Source: Antedon mediterranea (taxonomy: Eukaryota; Animalia; Echinodermata). From it: a stretch of 64,000 nt of DNA. Positions 53,746 through 64,000 of the stretch are shown here, one piece after another. Position 1 is the stretch's first letter. Every line of letters begins with the position of its first letter. The notes beneath the pieces are model-generated. The model searched no databases. It saw nothing but the letters and a program-made list of their open reading frames with translations, and was not told the DNA's origin. The stretch is taken from assembly GCF_964355755.1 (NCBI RefSeq), contig NC_092673.1, positions 32,485,648 to 32,549,647 of the forward strand, read 5' to 3'. Position numbers and translations under genes: made by a program.

Positions 53746-54805
53746 AATTAATGCAATCATAAATTATTATATGATAGTGTACATTATTTTATCTTAAGAT
53801 CGTATCGTATAGTTAATAATTACAATGAAAGTTGCCTACTAGTCAACGCGCTGAAGACGTACGCGTAACGCAAGTATAATCTTACCAAATAAGTTGTTAT
53901 TGGTCAATTGGTTTGCACGTGATACGCTGTCAAGTTTTAACAGTTATAATAACTTAACTGGTTCGTAACCTTTTCCGTTTGCTTGTGTTTTTTTAAATAT
54001 ACATTTAGCAAACTCATGCAATTTTTATCAGTTCGTTTTGCACACATATACGAACCGTTCATCGACAGAAAAATATCGTCAATAAGCGAGCAAACCAAAG
54101 GTGTCAATACGAAGTGTCAATTCACTAACGATTCTACCTACAGGCTTTTTAACTATTGATATGACAGTAACGCCAATACAATCGAAATCAATAAGTAAAA
54201 TTATTCATGAAACGAGTCTGTAATTTCTCATTGAATTGGAGACTAAACACTGGTAAGTAGATGCGATTAGGAACGCTTCAAGACATTTCTTAATGAAAGA
54301 TTTCACCCAATTTAGAAATTATGTATGTTAGATAAACAATTCATCGCGTAAGTGAACACGACTAACTTCTCCTAATTTCTACTTATTCGTCTAGAAACTC
54401 AGATCGATAAACAACTGTTTCTCTCCTCATTAAAAACAAATTGACCAGTTTTAAGTCATAATTTTCCCTTTAGGGGGAAGTAAATCGCCATGTGCTTAAC
54501 TCTGGACGATTGGGAACTATACATAGGTGCAACGAAGAAAGGGCATGTTCACACATGTGCCAACTTTACACAATATAAAGCTAAATTAAATATCTAAGTA
54601 ATATCTAATCCTTAAACAACTTTTAAAACAAAGTTCGTAAATTTCAAGTAAAAAGGGGCCTAATGTCCACAATGACATATTCATAACAATCACTTATATA
54701 TAAACATCACAGGCACACAATAAATTCTGAAATTCTGGTGATATACTGAAATTAAATTAATTTGAAACGATAAATATGAGGAAATCTGTGAGAATGAGAA
54801 AAAGT

Positions 54806-54879
54806 AGCCCCAACCGAGATTCGAACCCGGAACCTTCTGTTTGATATGCAGATGCCCTAACCATTAAACCACTGTGGCT
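54806..54879 (-). pseudogene. tRNA-like element (anticodon ATC), probably a tRNA-derived SINE head or pseudo-tRNA
   Basis: The minus strand folds as a cloverleaf with A and B boxes, mismatches in the acceptor and anticodon stems, and a T5 run downstream. A 5'-truncated copy lies at 42205-42270 on the plus strand. Confidence 0.6.
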
Positions 54880-57800
54880 TTTATGGTATTGTTCTAACTT
54901 GATTCGATAGCTAGCTCCTAAATCACCTAATATTAGGCCTAACAATGAAAGTGGCGCTATTTAAAATCTGAATAATGATTGTACATTTATATAATACATG
55001 ACCGTGAGTGAAAAGCAAAGTTGTTTATCGTCAACATCCGCCATCTTTGATGATTCAATTCCTAAATTCCTTAATTTGTCGACGCACAATATTTGTGAGA
55101 CTGCACATTCGCAGAATGACAGGCCTGCTAAATTTTAGATAAACGCGAACATTTTATTTTGTTTCGTCTCTTTTTTTTTTTAGGTTTGGTGCGTTTATTC
55201 GTTTGCAGCTCATAACATAAAAATACACGAAAAGACGCACAGCGTAGACGTGCGCGTAGAATATTTCATTATCAGACGCCTTTGAACGCCTCCAACGATA
55301 TGTCTCAATCTACTGACGAGATATTAATATATTTTTCTAAAATTGCTGCAGTAAGACCTTCTTGTTTTAATAATTTATTTCGCTTATTAACGCATCAGAG
55401 TTTAAGGTATCCATGTGGTCGTATAATAGAATTAAATTGATATTCGTATAATCTCCAATACTCACAACAAAATGGTAAATTGATTAAGTTTCTAAAGAGG
55501 GACAATAACCCATTATCACAATAGGTGTAAAATATTGATCACTTTATTGTGTAAACAGTTATTGCATATTGATCAAGTTTAATATATAATAATGTATCGT
55601 CTTACTGATGGTTTCTTTGTCAAAAAAAGTTAATTTTTACACATGCCTTGTTTTGTCACCTAGATTATAGATTTTTCAATAAAATAACATATTGCTTACC
55701 GCGCTTGTTGTTTACGCTAATTCTCCTTCTAAGTTAAATCATCAATACACTTATTATTGGAAAGCACAATGAAAGGTTTACAGTAATTTATCACGATCGA
55801 GAGAAAAAAAATGTTGCTGTCAAATAAGCGCGAGTGCCGAGCGCCATGTCGAGCTTCATCGGTAACACGGTAAATCACCAAATAAGCGATATTAATTATC
55901 GAATAAATACCACTGCAAAATAAGTTCCACTTCAAATAGGCTTACATAAACAAGACGCTCAACGTAGACGCGCCCGTACGGTAACGAGTACAATTACCTT
56001 TGAACGCCACGTATGATAATAGAGAAATCGTAACCTTCGTACACCCAAAAAAGTTTCAAATGCGCATGCATGTGATAACAGAATCTAATTTCGTCACCTG
56101 GACCAGAATTGCCAAATTGAGTCCGACTTGACATCAATTTGCAAACCAAACTCAAACGCATGCGCACTATAAGTTTACCCGTCATATATACACTATACCG
56201 GTAGGTCATAGGTCGAAAAGTTCGCCTTGTCTATTTTTAGTTTATACTGATAAAATATATTTATATCAGTTTTCCCCTTTAATAAAGAACATAGTTGATG
56301 ATATGATTGATACACATATCCATCTTTCAAAGTTATTTTATGAAGATGACCATGTTATTGGTCGGCGATTACTGAGTTACTGGCTTATTTATACGCTCAA
56401 TTTCACATTAAGCGAAATGACAGAAGTGTTTACAAAAAACCATGTCAAAAATATATACATATAGTATTATTAGAAAACTACGCCTATGTTTTACTATACG
56501 ATCATCCCCATTGGAACAACCAATGCAATTTAAAAATTCTTTAGTATGTATAAATGGAAATTGACTTGACTAATTATACCTAGTATTTATTTAAAATATT
56601 TCACATAATTGATGAATATGTCCATAATGTGATATATCAACATCATACCTATTCTACGAACACTTGTGCGGCAATGACGCAAAGTATGGAAGGCGCAAAG
56701 TCAAAAACGTTTCTGGATGATCAACAAGGAAAACAGAATGTTAACATATTCAATTCACTGAAAAGCTTTCGGAATCGAACTCAACCAAGTTTTAAAAAGA
56801 CTAGAATAATATTAGAAAGCAAAAGTGTACGCTCATACGTACATCAGGAATATATTAAGTGTTAAATAACAAAAACAAAGTAAACAGAAATATGTAAGAG
56901 TCATTCCTGTTTAATAATACAAAAAAAGCAATATCAAAATTTATGAACTAACTGACTCATTGAAAACACGTTTAGCGCAAATTACGAGTCATTTGTCGCA
57001 AGCTTTGAAAAATACCGCGTATATCGTTAAGTAGCACCAATCTTTTTCAAACGACGAATGCTTAACGTGCATAAAATGATTAGCGATGAGTCTTGTTTTG
57101 GGTACAAACGATGATAGTGTAAAGAAAGGAAAACCTTGTTGCAAAATGACTATTTTCTCTACTTATATTCTCAGTCATGTATGTCCAAACGCAATTGCAA
57201 TAACGACCGTAATTGCAACACACTCAATGAAGCGAGACCTAAACGAACCATTAAACAGACGATAATCCGAGGGTGATTATTATTTTTTCAAATCGACAAA
57301 AATGATGAAGTGTAAAATGTCTTTTCCTGAGCCAGTTTCTAGGCCTCATTGATTCTTTCTAGTTTCCCCATGTTCACGATAATTACCGCGTCGTCAGACC
57401 TTTGTGAGCCGTTTAACGTTTCGCTCTCTCTCGTCTCTGTCTTTTAATTGCGTCCTTTCACGCATGGTAAGTTCTGGCAATAGCATTTTAGGCCCGCCGG
57501 TTTTTATTATTTTTCAAGATAGATGACAGGCTAAATGCGTCACTGACGTGAATGAATTCGTTAACTTACCGTCCAAAGCACTTGTTTATACAGTTTATGA
57601 GTTGATATGCAAGATGAATTTGCCATTAAAAGGATGAACATCGTTTTAAATGGCCATACTAATGGTTGGAAATGTATTTGACGTCCAGTACCACCCAACT
57701 CACGAGTTAACGAACGTAGAATACATTTAATTTCATTATGATCTAAAAGTATGTATTTTTTAGTAACACAATTTTCTCTTTTTCTATCCTAATGTAACTA

Positions 57801-60740
57801 AATTATAATTGTTTATCAAGGAAACAAAAGAAGAAATATTTAAATAGAATTGAAATAGAATAGAACTAATTGTATTATGTTTACCTGTATATAAATCGCC
57901 AGTACCACAACAAAGATTACCAAAGCCGTGATATTATCAATATTTGAACGCGGGTATTAATACCTTAGCATTATTCGAACTGTGCGCGTACAAAATACAT
58001 GACAATATTTGAACGCACGCGTACCAAAGGCGTAACATTATCAATGTTTTAACGCGCGCGTACACAAATTCGGGTCATTGTTGTCTTTGTGATTTCGTTC
58101 TATTTCTTTCCGACGTATGTAGGCCTATAGTATAAACGCAACGTTGGTACAACACGTCACAGTGCGCATGTAGATAATCACGTGGTTTGCCAAAATAACT
58201 TTTGTACACCGCGCACTATAGTTGCGACGCGTAGTTGTACTGCTTGTTTATAAAATTGAACCAATAGAGGATAATAATATATTATTACCTCCAAAACGAG
58301 AACAAAAATAAATAACTTTCCCGTAAACTGTTGTTCCCGGAATACTATAAACGTCATAAACATATTTTTGTTTAAGCACAAAGACCAATAAATACGAATA
58401 TTATAATAATAAGCTAAAAACTAAAAATAAACCCAATTAAAATGCCTAAAAGTGCAGTAAAATTTATGTTTTATGAACTATTTATGATAATAATTAACCT
58501 ATATAAGGTATTTATATTATGAATGCCGTAGATTTTACATGTAAAGTTGAAATTCTATTGGAATTGCATTGCATAACATATCTTGTATATATTGTTGTCT
58601 TTAAAGTGAAATTTAAAATAGATTTACATTTTATTGTTCTATATAATATTAAATAATACCGTAAATAGCATCTGTACAACATAAGTAATTATTACACAAA
58701 AATTCTAAATTACAATTTAAAATGTGTAAAATCCATTGAAGCTTTTTCTTCATAATTAGTACGATTTAAATACACTAAGTGGATAATAAACGAGATTTAA
58801 ATACAAAATAAACTCTGTAATTCTATTTAATGTATTAAGAAGAGCACAAAGAACAGGTGCGATAAGAAACTTTACTCCGGCAAGTGTGTGAGCAATAAGT
58901 AAGAATGATCTTAAGCGGTTCTTGTAATATCAACATAGACCCGCCTGGGACACGATATTGTAGTTGGATAGCGTCGTAATTGCTACTCAATGCCACTCGA
59001 GTTTTAGTAGAAAATTATGATTTGTTTGAGAGTGCCCACTTATGATTGCTAGCATGCATCTAGATAAACTCTCCGCGTGTGTGACAGGCCTGGTTGGTCA
59101 TGCGTCGAAAACACAACTGTTACTCTGCGTTAGGCCTAGCTAGCTTCGAAGTCGGAATACATTTAAGCGCAGCTTGCACAAGGCCTACAGCTGTTTATTC
59201 CAGTGAAGTAAAATACGATTAAAACATGATTAAATACGGCATGTTCTCGTTTATGAATGGTTTAAAAGGCGTTTGCTCCGTGGATGTCCCTTGTGTGCGA
59301 TAGATTCATTGCCTGGGTATCAATCCGAGGGACTGTCGCACTCGGAACAGGGTCAAATTTGGTCGTTCGGGTCGATCAATATTTTCCCCTAAGGCTCGAG
59401 AAATTAATTTTAACTGTATTAATAATGATGATCATACAATCATTGTTAATGTCATGCAAATAGTATTGTACCAAACAATTGATATATTTTTGTATTCGTT
59501 GTAGGAATAATCACTTTTGTTTAGCGATATTGATGGCACTTCATGCCGGCAAATGAAACCGCCTTATAAACGAACAATTTAAATTGTATTTCTAATTGTA
59601 TAATTGAATACACACGAAGACTGTAGATAGCTTATGTGTGATAATGCAGATGTTTTATTTTAAAATTACTTGGTTTTGCTACTTTTTACAAAGATGCAAA
59701 AACGTGAGATAATTCGTTGAACATTCAAATGAAATTTACCAACAACTCAGCAGCAGCACGTGACAACCAAACATACTTACTTAAATTAAGTAAACACTCT
59801 AATAAATCGACCCCTTTAATGATCATGAATAAACACAAATAAAAACAAAGCTAGAATAGCGTAAAAGTGCCTTAATGTTTCCATTTTGTCTATATATAGG
59901 ATCACTCACTGCCCAATGATCTGCGAACAAACGCCGGTATATTTATATTGAAGTATAATACGGTCTGAGTATACCAACTAACTATGCGGCATTTGGCTTC
60001 CGATGCGCTTCAATAGAGCAGCTATTAGCGCGCACGTGTCTACCTCATTCTCCTCAATTAGCTCGCGTTTGATTGCTTTTCAATATAGTTACTGATAACC
60101 CCAAGGATACAGTGTAATGGGTCGCAAAACACATCTTAACAATGCCGTAGATTTCATTTGAATTACGGAACGACACATTAAGAATTAATAATAATTTTGT
60201 TAGGAACTAATCATGTAATAACGGCGAATGGAATACCGATAATTGGCTTATTGCAATATTTACCCGTAGGCGGATAGGATGCAATGTAAACGATTATTTA
60301 AAAGAGATAAATAAAGAAAGTCAGAAACAAATTTTGATAGGTCTACTCTAAGCCCAAATAATTTTAAATCATCTGCACCCAGAGAACCATCAAAGCTCCG
60401 TCTATCTGCACCAATATAGTACCGTAGGCCAACCACTGATGATATAAAGAGGTAACGGTGGTTCTACCACCAACCAAACCCACCTAGGCTTCTTGGTCCA
60501 AATTATCAAGTTATTATACTATACCATGGACCCACTATGTATCGGTCTATGATTATATTATAAGATACACAGCATATCATTGGATAAATTATAATACAAA
60601 CGGCAGCAGGATTACTACTTAATACTCTGTATTCAATTTAAAGTTTTCAAGATAAATATATTTGTTTGTATTTTGACTGGGATTTCATTATATATCCTAC
60701 TTATTAAATAAACATATGTACTGTTTTATTGAGTTATTAA

Positions 60741-60852
60741 TTTTTAGTCGCGTGGACGCGACTCTATAGTTCACTATGTCGGTCGGTCGGTCTGTCTGTC
60801 TGTCTGTCGGTCCGGTATCACTATGCATTGTAGCACGCGACTTAATGGCTGT
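60741..60852 (+). mobile_element. Helentron-associated (DINE-1/HINE-like) short element with a GTCG/GTCT microsatellite
   Basis: tttttagtcgcgtggacgcgactctatagttcactatgtcggtcggtcggtctgtctg...gcacgcgact. Confidence 0.65.
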
Positions 60853-61479
60853 TTTATTTATTTGTACGCAAACACTATAATTACCAAACAAATTACTTGA
60901 ATCTTTTAAAAGAAATTATTATTATACTTGGACGGGTGTTTAATTATTTATAAGTACTTCTATATATTAAATAAAAATATATATCTCTTCAATCATAACA
61001 TATTTACTTTTAAGATTCAACAAGACAGTGGCTGTTTCCGACAAGCGACTCATTGTTTGCCATTTCTCAATTTGTATTCATTAAGAAACATAAATCAATC
61101 TAACTAAGTCGAGTCCTCTCATTCAGGAAGCAATTTGCTTTTATTAACACCTTGTTAAATACAAGGTTTATTGTATACTAAATTCAAATTAGATTCGTTT
61201 TATGTCACTCTCGCATCTATTTGTTGTATTTCACCCGTTGCCGATATTGAGTTGATAATGCACTGATAAAGACAAAAGAATGTACTGTATAATGAATCTA
61301 GATTCTTCAGGTTTCCCCCATCTTCATCGTTTCTAAAATATTCAGAATATCACTGGGTGGTTGAATATGTTCAATTTATTTAATAACGGTTACTAATAAG
61401 AAATATAAAGTGGTAATAGGCCTACATATTCAATAACAAAATAAACAAAAAAATAGTAGTTTTAAACTTCAAAAACATA

Positions 61480-61770
61480 GGCCTAATTTCTGAAAGTTCC
61501 GAAAAAATCTCACAATTTTCTGATTGGCTATTGCTCTAATATGAGTACAATACATCCATTTCAAGATAGGGATGGAGGTTTTGAATGAATAACAACGAAA
61601 AGCTATAGAATCGTGTAATCTTTGATATCAATATGATGCAAAATTACTTCTGAAAGTTCCAAAAAAACCACACAATTCTGTGATTTCTGATTGGCTTTTG
61701 CTCTAAAAATGTCACCATTATTTGGGTACAATAACTCAATAATTTCAAGAGGTTTGAGTGAAAAGCAACG
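61480..61770. repeat. ~160-bp tandem duplication
   Basis: ttctgaaagttcc.aaaaaa..cacaatt...tctgattggct.ttgctctaa occurs twice. Confidence 0.75.
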
Positions 61771-64000
61771 ATAAGCTAGTGTGATAACCACGATGCAAAA
61801 TTACTTTACGAACATCATAAAGGAAATTATATTACAATCAACAATAACTAACAAAAGGTAATTTAAGTAAGTTTATTTTGGTATTGTGTGGTTAAGCGAT
61901 ATTTTAACAGATGACTGACAAAAAGAACTTACATTTTACAATTTTGATTGATATCGTTAAAATTTGTCGGCAATAAAAAGCAGTCAACGAAAAAAAAAAA
62001 TCAGTCAAGCCGAAATAAAGCCATGATGATTATAACAGACAAAACTTTCGGTTTGCATTATTTACATACACTCAAACAATTTGAAAACTTCTTTAGAAAA
62101 CATACAAAGAGAAAGTAAAAACAACTCCGTTAATTTAAATTTGTTGGTTTGTCAAATGAAGAGTGGAATGTTTGGTCAACGCATGAATCAATTATTTTAC
62201 AAATTTATTTTATATTTATTTATGACGGTTTAAAAAAATCTAGTTTCACCACGAGCCAAAGTTTTGATTACAAAGGAACAAGAAGTACAGAAGAAGGAAT
62301 TGCTAGTACGTTTAGCATACACAACAAAAATAAAAAGTATGACATATGCAATATAATTTAAATACAAATACATTTATTCATCAAATCACAAATAAAATAA
62401 TAATAAGTACAATAATTCAAGACAATGATGAAATGGGGTCACAAGAAACCAGGAGGTTTGTGTGATAGAGACTCCAGATTACTTTAACATTTTTAGTCTA
62501 CAAAAAAAATTAAAAAGCAAGATAATTACCATAGGCCTATGTGTATAAAATAGAAATGAGAATAATAAAGGTAGGCGCTACCTACAAAAGAGAGAGTGAA
62601 AGGGAGATGACATTGAATTCAATTAGTTCTAAGATATATCGGTAGGTCAATTTTCAAAGAAACAAAACCTTTCTAAATGGAGACAGAAGTTGATGATGAT
62701 TCTCGACGAACGATAAACTTCGTAAAACAAAATCAAAATTACGACCATTACAATCCAACACAAGTATCACATTTTATTATCACTATCTAATCAAGGACTC
62801 TCAAACACACTTAACTTTTAAATTTCTAGCCATTAAGATTATTTTTGTCTGAAAGAACTTCTCAAAGAGATTGATCATGTGTTGATTTGTACACTGCATT
62901 TGCAATAACTAACGAGCTAACTAATACGAGAACGTGTTACAAAACGCCACAATCGTTGTAAATATTTGGGTTACAAGCTGTGATATTGGCCCATCAATCT
63001 TACCGTGCTTACATCATTAGTTTCCTATTAAGCCTCATCGTGAAATAACCGCCACGTTTACGTCCGGAACCGTTTGTACGAACACTCAAAATGATCACGT
63101 CCAATTAGAAAATTTAACCAAATAACCGCGTGTATACTCTCGCTGTTTTGTTTATATATATTTGGTATTTTTTCTACCGCGTGTAATTCTCGCTGTTTCG
63201 TTCAGGCCTATAGGCCTATTTGGTATTTTTCTATAACGTCAACAGATTACGGTCTAATTACGGTCTTTGTATTATAAGAGAATGCAATCAATTTTCGTAC
63301 AAGTTACCGTAGCATTTGGCAAACTTTATTTCTCCTGCAAGTGTTCTCTCGACATCTTAAATTGGAAGTCATTAATTATTTTTTAATTAAGCTTTCATTA
63401 TAACAAAGGAAAGTGCAAGCCTATCAAAGCAAATACAAACATTCATTTTTGTTAATCGGTACTGAAAATATCGTATAATAATTTTGCTGGTAAGAAATTA
63501 AAGGTATACCGTATAGATGTACCGGGACGGTATTTTCCCCAAAAAAAAAATGGAAAATAAAAATGCATATAAAAACAGTTTAATAAAGTTTATTCAGTTT
63601 TACTTTTGAACAGAAATTAAAGAAAAATTGCATTAGGAAGACTGCCAAATAAAACAAAATGTTCTGAGAACATTTATTATTATTGAAGAAGATTTTGACC
63701 TCAACTTAAGGTAGTGAGATCTTGGGCAACCACCTGACCTGAACACATATACAATTTACAAAACTATTTTGTTATTTTTATAAATTACAATGAATGAACA
63801 GTAGGCCTAAGTCTTATTCAACCACGGGAGTAATTCTTTCTCAACGTATTGGTCTTTTCACTAAAACTCTCTGTATCTGGCATAAAGAGCAACTATCTAA
63901 TCGATACACCTAAACGTCTTTAATCCCAACTATTAAATCAATATTGAACTTCTCAATCTATTAAGCATTGACCATCGGTCTGTCTTATACTTATAATCCT

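Overview
AT-rich, intron-containing genomic DNA from an invertebrate animal. The Bari-class homeobox gene argues against a vertebrate; an echinoderm-like deuterostome is a guess. Most ORF-track entries are spurious or exon fragments. Six spliced genes were reconstructed by hand, all with GT-AG junctions and consistent reading phases. The first 13 kb is a tandem duplication of a head-to-head cassette: a sigma-class GST on the minus strand plus an unrecognised 3-exon gene on the plus strand. The four genes are GST-1 (<1-4222), orphan X1 (5643-6971), GST-2 (7684-11244) and orphan X2 (11706-12987). These are followed by a 10-exon adenylate kinase 8 (13975-18909, minus) and a 3-exon Bari/BarH-related NK-like homeobox gene (22050-25581, plus). 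The last ~38 kb has no recognisable coding exon; it holds MITEs, SINE/LINE remnants, local tandem duplications and candidate enhancers. Most notable: the co-duplicated GST/orphan cassette; a Gln-to-Met change in the glutathione-binding motif of both GSTs; near-identical 5' ends on otherwise diverged orphans; and ~30-bp mobile palindromes with 7-bp target duplications, one with a visible empty site.
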